DNA of 64,000 nt from Eledone cirrhosa. Taxonomy: Eukaryota. Position numbers and translations under genes: made by a program. The stretch spans positions 166,966,001 to 167,030,000 of the forward strand of contig OZ024742.1 of the NCBI GenBank assembly GCA_964016885.1, written 5' to 3'. Below the pieces are notes generated by a model. That model did not search any database. It saw only the letters and a list, made by a program, of their open reading frames with translations, and was not told the DNA's origin. Position 1 is the first letter of the stretch; each line of letters opens with the position of its first letter. Of the stretch, positions 37,841 through 52,449 are shown piece after piece.

Positions 37841-40800
37841 TCAGGCGGAGATTGTAAAAAAAATCAGGGGGAGATAATTTGTAAAAAAATCAGGGGGAGA
37901 TAATTTGTAAAAAAAAAATCAGGGGGAGACAATTTGTAAAAAAAATCAGGGGGAAATAATTTGTAAAAAAAAATCAAGGGGAGATAATTTGTACAAAAAA
38001 TCAGGGGTATATAATTTGTAAAAAAAAATCAGGGGGAGATAATTTGTAAAAAAAAATCAGGGGGAGATAATTTGTAAAAAAAATCAAGGGGAGATAATTT
38101 GCAGCCGTCCAAGGGGAGATAATTTTCAGCCGTCCAAGGAGAGGTAATTTCTAGCCGTCCAAGGTGAGATAATATCCAGCCGTCCAAGGGGAGATAATTT
38201 CCAGCCGTCCAAGGGGAGATAATTTTTAAAAAAAAACAGGCGAAGATAATTTGTAAAAAAAAAATCAGGGGGAGATAATTTGTAAAAAAAAATCAGGGGG
38301 AGATAATTTGTAAAAAAAAATCAGGGGGAGGTAATTTGTAAAAAAAATCAAGGGGAGATAATTTCCAGCCGTCCAAGGGAAGATAATTTCCAGCCCTCCA
38401 AGGGGCTATAATTTCCAGCGTCCAAGGGGAGATAATTTCCAGCCAGCGAAGGGGAGATAATTGTTTTAAAAAAATCATTGGGAGATTTGTAAAAAAAATC
38501 AGGGGGAGATAATTAATAAAAAAAATCAAGGGGAGATAATTCCAGCCGTCCAAGGGGAGGTAATATCTAGCCGTACAAGGGGAGATAATTTCCAGCCGTC
38601 CAAGGGGAGATAATTTCCAGCCGTTCAAGGGTAGATAATATCCAGCCGTCCAAGGAGACATATTTTCCAGCCGTGCAAGGAGAGGTAATTTCTAGCCGTC
38701 CAAGGGGAGATAAATTCCAGCCTCCAAGGGGAGATAATTTCCAGCCAGCCAAGGGGAGATAATTTGTAAAAAAATCAGGGGGAGATAATTTGTAAAAAAA
38801 GTCAGGGGTAGATAATTTGTAAAAAAAAATCAGGGGGAGATAATTTGTAAAAAAAAATCAGGGGGAGATAATTTGTAAAAAAAATCAAGGGGAGATAATT
38901 TCCAGCCATCCAAGGAGAGATAATTTAAAAAAAAAATCAGGCGGAGATAATTTGTAAAAAAAAATCAGGGGGAGATAATTTGTAAAAAAAATCAGGGGGT
39001 GATAATTTGTAAAAAAAATCAAGGGGAGATAATTTCCAGCCGTCCAAGGGGAGATAATTTCCAGCCGTCCAAGGGGACATAAATTTTTTAAAAAAATCAG
39101 GCGGAGATAATTTGTAAAAAAAATCAGGGGGAGATAAATTGTAAAAAAAAATCAGGGGGAGATAATTTGTAAAAAAAATCAGGGGGAGATAATTTCCAGC
39201 CGTCCAAGGTAAGATAATTTCCAGCCCTCCAAGGGGCTATAATTTCCAGCATCCAAGGGGAGATAATTTCCAGCCGTCCAAGGGTAGATAATATCCAGCC
39301 GTCCAAGTAGACATATTTTCCAGCCGTCCAAGGAGAGGTAATTTCTAGCCGTCCAAGGGGAGATAAATTCCAGCCTCCAAGGGGAGATAATTTCCAGCCA
39401 GCCAAGGGGAGATAATTTGTAAAAAAATCAGGGGGAGATAATTTGTAAAAAAAATCAGGGGGAGATAATTTGTAAAAAAAAATCAGGGGGAGATAATTTG
39501 TAAAAAAAAATCAGGGGGAGATAATTTCCAGCCGTCCAAGGGGAGATAATTTTCAGCCGTCCAAGGGTAGATAATATCCAGCCGTCCAAGTAGACATTTT
39601 CCAGCCGTCCAAGGAGAGGTAATTTCTAGCCGTCCAAGGGGAGATAAATTCCAGCCTCCAAGGGGAGATAATTTCCAGCCAGCCAAGGGGAGATAATTTG
39701 TAAAAAAATCAGGGGGAGATAATTTGTAAAAAAAATCAGGGGGAGATAATTAGTAAAAAAAAATCAGGGGGAGATAATTTGTAAAAAAAAATCAGGGGGA
39801 GATAATTTGTAAAAAAAATCAAGGGGAGATAATTTCCAGCCGTCCAAGGGGAGATAATTTTCAGCCGTCCAAGGGGAGATAATTTCCAGCCGTCCAAGGG
39901 GAGATAATTTCCATCCTTCCAAGGGGAGATAATTTCCAGCCTTCCAAGGGGAGATAATTTTCAGCCGTCCAAGGGGAGATAATTTCCCGCCAGCCAAGGG
40001 AAGATAATATTTTAAAAAATCAGGCGGAGATAATTTGTAAAAAAAATCAGGGGGAGATAATTTGTAAAAAAATCAGGGGGAGATAATTTGTAAAAAAAAA
40101 ATCAGGGGGAGATAATTTGTAAAAAAAATCAGGGGGAGATAATTTGTAAAAAAAAATCAGGGGTAGATAATTTGTAAAAAAAAATCAGGGGGAGATAATT
40201 TGTAAAAAAAAAATCAGGGGGAGATAATTTGTAAAAAAAATCAAGGGGAGATAATTTCCAGCCGTCTAAGGAGAGATAATTTTTAAAAAAAATCAGGCGG
40301 AGATAATTTGTAAAAAAAAATCAGGGGGAGATAATTTCCAGCCGTCGAAGGGAAGATAATTTCCAGCCCTCCAAGGGGCTATAATTTCCAGCGTCCAAGG
40401 GGAGATAATTTCCAGCCAGCGAAGGGGAGATAATTTTTTTTAAAAAATCATTGGGAGATTTGTAAAAAAAATCAGGGGGAGATAATTTGTAAAAAAAACC
40501 AAGGGGAGATAATTTCCAGCCGTCCAAGGGGAGGTAATATCTAGCCATCCAAGGGGAGATAATTTCCAGCCGTCCAAGGGGAGATAATTTCCAGCCGTCC
40601 AAGGGTAGATAATATCCAGCCGTCCAAGTAGACATTTTCCAGCCGTCCAAGGAGAGGTAATTTCTAGCCGTCCAAGGGGAGATAAATTCCAGCCTCCAAG
40701 GGGAGATAATTTCCAGCCAGCCAAGGGGAGATAATTTGTAAAAAAATCAGGGGGAGATAATTTGTAAAAAAAATCAGGGGGAGATAATTTGTAAAAAAAA

Positions 40801-43110
40801 ATCAGGGGTAGATAATTTGTAAAAAAAAATCAGGGGGAGATAATTTGTAAAAAAAAATCAGGGGGAGATAATTTGTAAAAAAAATCAAGGGGAGATAATT
40901 TCCAGCCGTCCAAGGGGAGATAATTTTCAGCCGTCCAAGGGGAGATAATTTCCAGCCGTCCAAGGGGAGATAATTTCCATCCTTCCAAGGGGAGATAATT
41001 TGTAAAAAAAAATCAGGGGGAGATAATTTGTAAAAAAAATCAAGGGGAGATAATTTCCAGCCGTCCAAGGGGAGATAATTTTCAGCCGTCCAAGGGGAGA
41101 TAATTTCCCGCCAGCCAAGGGAAGATAATATTTAAAAAAATCAGGCGGAGATAATTTGTAAAAAAAATCAGGGGGAGATAATTTGTAAAAAAATCAGGGG
41201 GAGATAATTTGTAAAAAAAAAATCAGGGGGAGATAATTTGTAAAAAAAATCAGGGCTAGATAATTTGTAAAAAAAAATCAGGGGTAGATAATTTGTAAAA
41301 GAAAATCAGGGGGAGATAATTTGTAAAAAAAATCAAGGGGAGATAATTTCCAGCCGTCCAAGGAGAGATAATTTAAAAAAAAAATCAGGCGGAGATAATT
41401 TGTAAAAAAAAATCAAGGGGAGATAATTTGTAAAAAAAAATCAGGGGGAGATAATTTGTAAAAAAAATCAAGGGGAGATAATTTCCAGCCGTCCAAGGGA
41501 AGATAATTTCCAGCACTCCAAGGGGCTATAATTTCCAGTGTCCAAGGGGAGATAATTTCCAGCCAGCGAAGGGGAGATAATTTTTTTAAAAAAATCAGGG
41601 GGAGATATGTAAAAAAAATCAGAGGGAGATAATTTCTAAAAAAAATCAAAGGGAGATAATTTCCAGCCGTCCAAAGAGAGATAATTTCTAGCCGTCCAAG
41701 GGGAGATAATTTCCAGCCAAGAGGATATAATTTCCAGCCGTCCAAGGGGAGATAATTTTTTAAAAAATCAGGTGGAGATAATTTGTAAAAAAAATCAGGG
41801 GGAGATAATTTGTAAAAACAAAATCAAGGGCAGATAATTTCCAGCTGTCCAAGGGGAGATAATTTCCAGCCGTCCAAGGGGAGATAATTTCCATCCTTCC
41901 AAGGGGAGATAATCTCCAGCCGTCCAAGGGGAGATAATTTCCCGCCAGCCAAGGGAAGATAATTTTTAAAAAAATCAGGCGGAGATTGTAAAAAAAATCA
42001 GGGGGAGATAATTTGTAAAAAAATCAGGGGGAGATAATTTGTAAAAAAAAAATCAGGGGAGATAATTTGTAAAAAAAAATCAGGGGGAGATAATTTGTAA
42101 AAAAAAAATCAGGGGGAGATAATTTGTAAAAAAAATCAGGGGTAGATAATTTGTAAAAAAAAATCAGGGGGAGATAATTTGTAAAAAAAAATCAGGGGGA
42201 GATAATTTGTAAAAAAATCAAGGGGAGATAATATGCAGCCGTCCAAGGGGAGATAATATGCAGCCGTCCAAGGGGAGATAATTTTCAGCCGTCCAAGGAG
42301 AGGTAATTTCTAGCCGTCCAAGGGGAGATAATTTCCAGCCGTCCAAGGGGAGATAATTTCCAGCCGTCCAATGGGAGATAGTTTTTTAAAAAAAATCAGG
42401 CGGAGATAATTTGTAAAAAAAAAATCAGGGGGAGATAATTTGTAAAAAAAAATCAGGGGTAGATAATTTGTAAAAAAAATCAGGGGGAGATAATTTGTAA
42501 AAAAAATCAGGGAGAGATAATTAGTAAAAAAAATCAAGGGGAGATAATTTCCAGCCGTCCAAGGGGAGGTAATATCTAGCCGTCCAAGGGGAGATAATTT
42601 CCAGCCGTCCAAGGGGAGATAATTTCCAGCCGTCCAAGGGTAGATAATATCCAGCCGTCCAAGTAGACATATTTTCCAGCCGTCCAAGGAGAGGTAATTT
42701 CTAGCCGTCCAAGGGGAGATAAATTCCAGCCTCCAAGGGGAGATAATTTCCAGCCAGCCAAGGGGAGATAATTTGTAAAAAAATCAGGGGGAGATAATTT
42801 GTAAAAAAAATCAGGGGGAGATAATTTGTAAAAAAAAATCAGGGGGAGATAATTTGTAAAAAAAATCAGGGGGAGATAATTTGTAAAAAAAAATCAGGGG
42901 GAGATAATTTGTAAAAAAAAATCAGGGGGAGATAATTTGTAAAAAAAAAATCAGGGGGAGATAATTTGTAAAAAAAATCAAGGGGAGATAATTTCCAGCC
43001 GTCCAAGGGGAGATAATTTCCAGCCGTCCAAGGGGAGGTAATATCTAGCCGTCCAAGGGGAGATAATTTCCAGCCGTCCAAGAGGAGATAATTTCCAGCC
43101 GTCCAAGGGA
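37841..43110 (+). repeat. Higher-order repeat unit III (partial)
   Basis: Colinear with 20148-~25365. Colinearity ends after the AAGAGGAG variant (25337/43082), where AAGGGTAG is replaced by the AAGGGAAG..AAGCCCTCC cassette. Confidence 0.82.
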
Positions 43111-46100
43111 AGATAATTTCAAGCCCTCCAAGGGGCTATAATTTCCAGTGTCCAAGGGGAGATAATTTCCAGCCAGCGAAGGGGAGATAATTTTTTTTTA
43201 AAAATCAGGGGGAGATTTGTAAAAAAAATCAGGGGGAGATAATTTGTAAAAAAAATCAAGGGGAGATAATTTCCAGCCGTCGAAGGGAAGATAATTACCA
43301 GCCCTCCAAGGGGCTATAATTTCCAGCGTCCAAGGGGAGATAATTTCCAGCCAGCGAAGGGGAGATAATTTTTTTAAAAAAATCATTGGGAGATTTGTAA
43401 AAAAAATCAGGGAGAGATAATTTGTAAAAAAAATCAAGGGGAGATAATTTCCAGCCGTCCAAGGGGAGGTAATATCTAGCCGTCCAAGGGGAGATAATTT
43501 CCAGCCGTCCAAGGGGAGATAATTTCCAGCCGTCCAAGGGTAGATAATATCCAGCCGTCCAAGTAGACATTTTCCAGCCGTCCAAGGAGAGGTAATTTCT
43601 AGCCGTCCAAGGGGAGATAAATTCCAGCCTCCAAGGGGAGATAATTTCCAGCCAGCCAAGGGGAGATAATTTGTAAAAAAATCAGGGGGAGATAATTTGT
43701 AAAAAAAATCAGGGGGAGATAATTTGTAAAAAAAATCAGGGGGAGATAATTTGTAAAAAAAAATCAGGGGGAGATAATTTCCAGCCGTCCAAGGGGAGAT
43801 AATTTTCAGCCGTCCAAGGAGAGGTAATTTCTAGCCGTCCAAGGTGAGATAATATCCAGCCGTCCAAGGGGAGATAATTTCCAGCCGTCCAAGGGGAGAT
43901 AATTTTAAAAAAAAAACAGGCGAAGATAATTTGTAAAAAAAAAATCAGGGGGAGATAATTTGTAAAAAAAAATCAGGGGGAGATAATTTGTAAAAAAAAA
44001 TCAGGGGGAGGTAATTTGTAAAATAAATCAAGGGGAGATAATTTCCAGCCGTCCAAGGGAAGATAATTTCCAGCCGTCCAAGGAGAGATAATTTTAAAAA
44101 AAAATCAGGCGGAGATAATTTGTAAAAAAAATCAGGGGGAGATAATTTGTAAAAAAAAATCAGGGGGAGATAATTTGTAAAAAAAATCAAGGGGAGATAA
44201 TTTCCAGCCGTCCAAGGGGAGATAATTTTCAGCCGTCCAAGGGGAGATAATTTCCAGCCGTCCAAGGGGAGATAATTTAAAAAAAAAATCAGGCGGAGAT
44301 AATTTGTAAAAAAAATCAAGGGGAGATAATTTGCAACCGTCCAAGGGGACATAATTTTCAGTCGTCCAAGGAGAGGTAATTTCTAGCCGTACAAGGGGAG
44401 ATAATTTCCAGCCGTCCAAGGGGAGATAATTTCCAGCCGTCCAAGGGGAGATATTTTTTTTTTTAAAATCAGGCGGAGATAATTTGTAAAAAAAAATCAG
44501 GGGGAGATAATTTGTAAAAAAAAATCAGGGGGAGATAATTTGTAAAAAAAATCAGGGGGAGATAATTTGTAAAAAAAATCAAGGGGAGATAATTTCCAGC
44601 CGTCCAAGGGAAGATAATTTCCAGCCCTCCAAGGGGCTATAATTTCCAGCGTCCAAGGGGAGATAATTTCCAGCCAGCGAAGGGGAGATAATTGTTTCAA
44701 AAAAATCATTGGGAGATTTGTAAAAAAAATCAGGGGGAGATAATTAATAAAAAAAATCAAGGGGAGATAATTTCCAGCCGTCCAAGGGGAGGTAATATCT
44801 AGCCGTCCAAGGGGAGATAATTTCCAGCCGTCCAAGGGGAGATAATTTCCAGCCGCCCAAGGGTAGATAATATCCAGCCGTCCAAGGAGACATATTTTCC
44901 AGCCGTCCAAGGAGAGGTAATTTCTAGCCGTCCAAGGGGAGATAAATTCCAGCCTCCAAGGGGAGATAATTTCCAGCCAGCCAAGGGGAGATAATTTGTA
45001 AAAAAATCAGGGGGAGATAATTTGTAAAAAAAATCAGGGGTAGATAATTTGTAAAAAAAAAATCAGGGGGAGATAATTTGTAAAAAAAAATCAGGGGGAG
45101 ATAATTTGTAAAAAAAATCAAGGGGAGATAATTTCCAGCCGTCCAAGGAGAGATAATTTTAAAAAAAAATCAGGCGGAGATAATTTGTAAAAAAAAATCA
45201 GGGGGAGATAATTTGTAAAAAAAAATCAGGGGGAGATAATTTGTAAAAAAAATCAAGGGGAGATAATTTCCAGCCGTCCAAGGGGAGATAATTTCCAGCC
45301 GTCCAAGGGGAGATAATTTTTTTAAAAAAATCAGGCGGAGATAATTTGTAAAAAAAATCAGGGGGAGGTAAAAAAAAATCAGGGGGAGATAATTTGTAAA
45401 AAAAAATCAGGGGGAGATAATTTCCAGCCGTCCAAGGTAAGATAATTTCCAGCCCTCCAAGGGGCTATAATTTCCAGCATCCAAGGGTAGATAATATCCA
45501 GCCGTCCAAGTAGACATATTTTCCAGCCGTCCAAGGAGAGGTAATTTCTAGCCGTCCAAGGGGAGATAAATTCCAGCCTCCAAGGGGAGATAATTTCCAG
45601 CCAGCCAAGGGGAGATAATTTGTAAAAAAATCAGGGGGAGATAATTTGTAAAAAAAAATCAGGGGGAGATAATTTGTAAAAAAAAATCAGGGGGAGATAA
45701 TTTGTAAAAAAAAATCAGGGGGAGATAATTTCCAGCCGTCCAAGGGGAGATAATTTTCAGCCGTCCAAGGGTAGATAATATCCAGCCGTCCAAGTAGACA
45801 TTTTCCAGCCGTCCAAGGAGAGGTAATTTCTAGCCGTCCAAGGGGAGATAAATTCCAGCCTCCAAGGGGAGATAATTTCCAGCCAGCCAAGGGGAGATAA
45901 TTTGTAAAAAAATCAGGGGGAGATAATTTGTAAAAAAAATCAGGGGGAGATAATTTGTAAAAAAAAATCAGGGGGAGATAATTTGTAAAAAAAAATCAGG
46001 GGGAGATAATTTGTAAAAAAAAATCAGGGGGAGATAATTTGTAAAAAAAATCAAGGGGAGATAATTTCCAGCCGTCCAAGGGGAGATAATTTTCAGCCGT

Positions 46101-49100
46101 CCAAGGGGAGATAATTTCCAGCCGTCCAAGGGGAGATAATTTCCATCCTTCCAAGGGGAGATAATTTCCAGCCGTCCAAGGGGAGATAATTTTCAGCCGT
46201 CCAAGGGGAGATAATTTCCCGCCAGCCAAGGGAAGATAATATTTTAAAAAATCAGGCGGAGATAATTTGTAAAAAAAATCAGGGGGAGATAATTTGTAAA
46301 AAAATCAGGGGGAGATAATTTGTAAAAAAAAAATCAGGGGGAGATAATTTGTAAAAAAAATCAGGGGGAGATAATTTGAAAAAAAAAAATCAGGGGTAGA
46401 TAATTTGTAAAAAAAAATCAGGGGGAGATAATTTGTAAAAAAAAAATCAGGGGGAGATAATTTGTAAAAAAAAATCAGGGGGAGATAATTTCCAGCCGTC
46501 CAAGGGGAGATAATTTTCAGCCGTCCAAGGGGAGATAATTTCCCGCCAGCCAAGGGAAGATAATATTTAAAAAAATCAGGCGGAGATAATTTGTAAAAAA
46601 AATCAGGGGGAGATAATTTGTAAAAAAATCAGGGGGAGATAATTTGTAAAAAAAATCAAGGGGAGATAATTTCCAGCCGTCCAAGGGGAGGTAATATCTA
46701 GCCGTCCAAGGGGAGATAATTTCCAGCCGTCCAAGAGGAGATAATTTCCAGCCGTCCAAGGGTAGATAATATCCAGCCGTCCAAGGAGACATATTTTCCA
46801 GCCGTCCAAGGAGAGGTAATTTCTAGCCGTCCAAGGGGAGATAAATTCCAGCCTCCAAGGGGAGATAATTTCCAGCCAGCCAAGGGGAGATAATTTGTAA
46901 AAAAAATCAGGGGGAGATAATTTGTAAAAAAAATCAGGGGGAGATAATTTGTAAAAAAAATCAGGGGGAGATAATTTGTAAAAAAAAATCAAGGGGAGAT
47001 AATTTCCAGCCGTCCAAGGGGAGATAATTTTCAGCCGCCCAAGGGGAGATAATTTCCCGCCAGCCAAGGGAAGATAATATTTAAAAAATCAGGCGGAGAT
47101 AATTTGTAAAAAATATCAGGGGGAGATAATTTGTAAAAAAATCAGGGGGAGATAATTTGTAAAAAAAAAATCAGGGGGAGATAATTTGTAAAAAAAATCA
47201 GGGGGAGATGATTTGTAAGAAAAAATCAGGGGTAGATAATTTGTAAAAAAAAATCAGGGGGAGATAATTTGTAAAAAAAAATCAGGGGGAGATAATTTGT
47301 AAAAAAAATCAAGGGGAGATAATTTCCAGCCGTCGAAGGGAAGATAATTTCCAGCCCTCCAAGGGGCTATAATTTCCAGCGTCCAAGGGGAGATAATTTC
47401 CAGCCGTCCAAGGGGAGATAATTTCCAGCCGTCCAAGGGTAGATAATATCCAGCCGTCCAAGTAGACATTTTCCAGCCGTCCAAGGAGAGGTAATTTCTA
47501 GCCGTCCAAGGGGAGATAAATTCCAGCCTCCAAGGGGAGATAATTTCCAGCCAGCCAAGGGGAGATAATTTGTAAAAAAATCAGGGGGAGATAATTTGTA
47601 AAAAAAATCAGGGGGAGATAATTTGTAAAAAAAATCAGGGGGAGATAATTTGTAAAAAAAATCAAGGGGAGATAATTTCCAGCCGTCCAAGGGGAGATAA
47701 TTTTCAGCCGTCCAAGGGGAGATAATTTCCAGCCGTCCAAGGGGAGATAATTTCCATCCTTCCAAGGGGAGATAATTTCCAGCCGTCCAAGGGGAGATAA
47801 TTTTCAGCCGTCCAAGGGGAGATAATTTCCCGCCAGCCAAGGGAAGATAATATTTAAAAAAATCAGGCGGAGATAATTTGTAAAAAAAATCAGGGGGAGA
47901 TAATTTGTAAAAAAATCAGGGGGAGATAATTTGTAAAAAAAAAATCAGGGGGAGATAATTTGTAAAAAAAATCAGGGGTAGATAATTTGTAAAAAAAATC
48001 AGGGGTAGATAATTTGTAAAAAAAAATCAGGGGGAGATAATTTGTAAAAAAAAATCAGGGGGAGATAATTTGTAAAAAAAATCAAGGGGAGATAATTTCC
48101 AGCCGTCCAAGGAGAGATAATTTTAAAAAAAAATCAGGCGGAGATAATTTGTAAAAAAAATCAAGGGGAGATAATTTGTAAAAAAAAATCAGGGGGAGAT
48201 AATTTGTAAAAAAAATCAAGGGGAGATAATTTCCAGCCGTCCAAGGGAAGATAATTTCCAGCACTCCAAGGGGCTATAATTTCCAGTGTCCAAGGGGAGA
48301 TAATTTCCAGCCAGCGAAGGGGAGATAATTTTTTTAAAAAAATCAGGGGGAGATATGTAAAAAAAATCAGAGGGAGATAATTTCTAAAAAAAATCAAAGG
48401 GAGATAATTTCCAGCCGTCCAAAGAGAGATAATTTCTAGCCGTCCAAGGGGAGATAATTTCCAACCAAGGGGAGATAATTTCCAGCCGTCCAAGGGGAGA
48501 TAATTATTTAAAAAATCAGGTGGAGATAATTTGTAAAAACAAAATCAAGGGCAGATAATTTCCAGCTGTCCAAGGGGAGATAATTTCCAGCCGTGCAAGG
48601 GGAGATAATTTCCAGCCGTCCAAGGGGAGATAATTTCCATCCTTCCAAGGGGAGATAATGTCCAGCCGTCCAAGGGGAGATAATTTCCCGCCAGCCAAGG
48701 GAAGATAATTTTTAAAAAAATCAGGCGGAGATTGTAAAAAAAATCAGGGGGAGATAATTTGTAAAAAAATCAGGGGGAGATAATTTGTAAAAAAAATCAG
48801 GGGGAGATAATTTGTAAAAAAAAAATCAGGGGGAGATAATTTGTAAAAAAAATCAGGGGTAGATAATTTGTAAAAAAAAATCAGGGGGAGATAATTTGTA
48901 AAAAAAATCAGGGGGAGATAATTTGTAAAAAAATCAAGGGGAGATAATATGCAGCCGTCCAAGGGGAGATAATTTTCAGCCGTCCAAGGAGAGGTAATTT
49001 CTAGCCGTCCAAGGGGAGATAATTTCCAGCCGTCCAAGGGGAGATAATTTCCAGCCGTCCAAGGGGAGATAGTTTTTTTAAAAAAATCAGGCGGAGATAA

Positions 49101-52100
49101 TTTGTAAAAAAAAAATCAGGGGGAGATAATTTGTAAAAAAAAATCAGGGGGAGATAATTTGTAAAAAAAAATCGGGGAGATAATTTGTAAAAAAAATCAG
49201 GGGGAGATAATTAGTAAAAAAAATCAAGGGGAGATAATTTCCAGCCGTCCAAGGGGAGGTAATATCTAGCCGTCCACGGGGAGATAATTTCCAGCCGTCC
49301 AAGGGGAGATAATTTCCAGCCGTCCAAGGGGAGATAATATCCAGCCGTCCAAGTAGACATATTTTCCAGCCGTCCAAGGAGAGGTAATTTCTAGCCGTCC
49401 AAGGGGAGATAAATTCCAGCCTCCAAGGGGAGATAATTTCCAGCCAGCCAAGGGGAGATAATTTGTAAAAAAATCAGGGGGAGATAATTTGTAAAAAAAA
49501 TCAGGGGGAGATAATTTGTAAAAAAAAATCAGGGGGAGATAATTTGTAAAAAAAAATCAGGGGGAGATAATTTGTAAAAAAAATCAGGGGGAGATAATTT
49601 GTAAAAAAAAATCAGGGGGAGATAATTTGTAAAAAAAAATCAGGGGGAGATAATTTGTAAAAAAAAATCAGGGGGAGATAATTTGTAAAAAAAATCAAGG
49701 GGAGATAATTTCCAGCCGTCCAAGGGGAGATAATTTCCAGCCGTCCAAGGGGAGGTAATATCTAACCGTCCAAGGGGAGATAATTTCCAGCCGTCCAAGA
49801 GGAGATAATTTCCAGCCGTCCAAGGGTAGATAATATCCAGCCGTCCAAGGAGACATATTTTCCAGCCGTCCAAGGAGAGGTAATTTCTAGCCGTCCAAGG
49901 GGAGATAAATTCCAGCCTCCAAGGGGAGATAATTTCCAGCCAGCCAAGGGGAGATAATTTGTAAAAAAAATCAGGGGGAGATAATTTGTAAAAAAAATCA
50001 GGGGGAGATAATTTGTAAAAAAAAATCAGGGGGAGATAATTTGTAAAAAAAATCAGGGGGAGATAATTTGTAAAAAAAAATCAAGGGGAGATAATTTCCA
50101 GCCGTCCAAGGGGAGATAATTTTCAGCCGCCCAAGGGGAGATAATTTCCCGCCAGCCAAGGGAAGATAATATTTAAAAAATCAGGCGGAGATAATTTGTA
50201 AAAAAAATCAGGGGGAGATAATTTGTAAAAAAAATCAGGGGGAGATAATTTGTAAAAAAAAAATCAGGGGGAGATAATTTGTAAAAAAAATCAGGTGGAG
50301 ATGATTTGTAAAAAAAATCAGGGGTAGATAATTTGTAAAAAAAAATCAGGGGGAGATAATTTGTAAAAAAAAATCAGGGGGAGATAATTTGTAAAAAAAA
50401 TCAAGAGGAGATAATTTCCAGCCGTCGAAGGGAAGATAATTTCCAGCCCTCCAAGGGGCTATAATTTCCAGCGTCCAAGGGGAGATAATTTCCAGCCAGC
50501 GAAGGGGAGATAATTTTTTTTAAAAAATCATTGGGAGATTTGTAAAAAAAATCAGGGGGAGATAATTTGTAAAAAAAATCAAGGGGAGATAATTTCCAGC
50601 CGTCCAAGGGGAGGTAATATCTAGCCATCCAAGGGGAGATAATTTCCAGCCGTCCAAGGGGAGATAATTTCCAGCCGTCCAAGGGTAGATAATATCCAGC
50701 CGTCCAAGTAGACATTTTCCAGCCGTCCAAGGAGAGGTAATTTCTAGCCGTCGAAGGGGAGATAAATTCCAGCCTCCAAGGGGAGATAATTTCCAGCCAG
50801 CCAAGGGGAGATAATTTGTAAAAAAATCAGGGGGAGATAATTTGTAAAAAAAATCAGGGGGAGATAATTTGTAAAAAAAAATCAGGGGTAGATAATTTGT
50901 AAAAAAAAATCAGGGGGAGATAATTTGTAAAAAAAAATCAGGGGGAGATAATTTGTAAAAAAAATCAAGGGGAGATAATTTCCAGCCGTCCAAGGGGAGA
51001 TAATTTTCAGCCGTCCAAGGGGAGATAATTTCCAGCCGTCCAAGGGGAGATAATTTCCATCCTTCCAAGGGGAGATAATTTGTAAAAAAAAATCAGGGGG
51101 AGATAATTTGTAAAAAAAATTAAGGGGAGATAATTTCCAGCCGTCCAAGGGGAGATAATTTTCAGCCGTCCAAGGGGAGATAATTTCCCGCCAGCCAAGG
51201 GAAGATAATATTTAAAAAAATCAGGCGGAGATAATTTGTAAAAAAAATCAGGGGGAGATAATTTGTAAAAAAATCAGGGGGAGATAATTTGTAAAAAAAA
51301 AATCAGGGGGAGATAATTTGTAAAAAAAATCAGGGCTAGATAATTTGTAAAAAAAAATCAGGGGTAGATAATTTGTAAAAGAAAATCAGGGGGAGATAAT
51401 TTGTAAAAAAAAATCAGGGGGAGATAATTTGTAAAAAAAATCAAGGGGAGATAATTTCCAGCCGTCCAAGGAGAGATAATTTTAAAAAAAAATCAGGCGG
51501 AGATAATTTGTAAAAAAAAATCAAGGGGAGATAATTTGTAAAAAAAAATCAGGGGGAGATAATTTGTAAAAAAAATCAAGGGGAGATAATTTCCAGCCGT
51601 CCAAGGGAAGATAATTTCCAGCACTCCAAGGGGCTATAATTTCCAGTGTCCAAGGGGAGATAATTTCCAGCCAGCGAAGGGGAGATAATTTTTTAAAAAA
51701 ATCAGGGGGAGATATGTAAAAAAAATCAGGTGGAGATAATTTGTAAAAAAAATCAGGGGGAGATAATTTGTAAAAACAAAATCAAGGGCAGATAATTTCC
51801 AGCTGTCCAAGGGGAGATAATTTCCAGCCGTCCAAGGGGAGATAATTTCCATCCTTCCAAGGGGAGATAATCTCCAGCCGTCCAAGGGGAGATAATTTCC
51901 CGCCAGCCAAGGGAAGATAATTTTTAAAAAAATCAGGCGGAGATTGTAAAAAAAATCAGGGGGAGATAATTTGTAAAAAAATCAGGGGGAGATAATTTGT
52001 AAAAAAAAAATCAGGGGAGATAATTTGTAAAAAAAAATCAGGGGGAGATAATTTGTAAAAAAAAAATCAGGGGGAGATAATTTGTAAAAAAAATCAGGGG

Positions 52101-52449
52101 TAGATAATTTGTAAAAAAAAAATCAGGGGGAGATAATTTGTAAAAAAAAATCAGGGGGAGATAATTTGTAAAAAAATCAAGGGGAGATAATATGCAGCCG
52201 TCCAAGGGGAGATAATTTTCAGCCGTCCAAGGAGAGGTAATTTCTAGCCGTCCAAGGGGAGATAATTTCCAGCCGTCCAAGGGGAGATAATTTCCAGCCG
52301 TCCAATGGGAGATAGTTTTTTAAAAAAAATCAGGCGGAGATAATTTGTAAAAAAAAATCAGGGGGAGATAATTTGTAAAAAAAAATCAGGGGTAGATAAT
52401 TTGTAAAAAAAATCAGGGGGAGATAATTTGTAAAAAAAATCAGGGAGAG

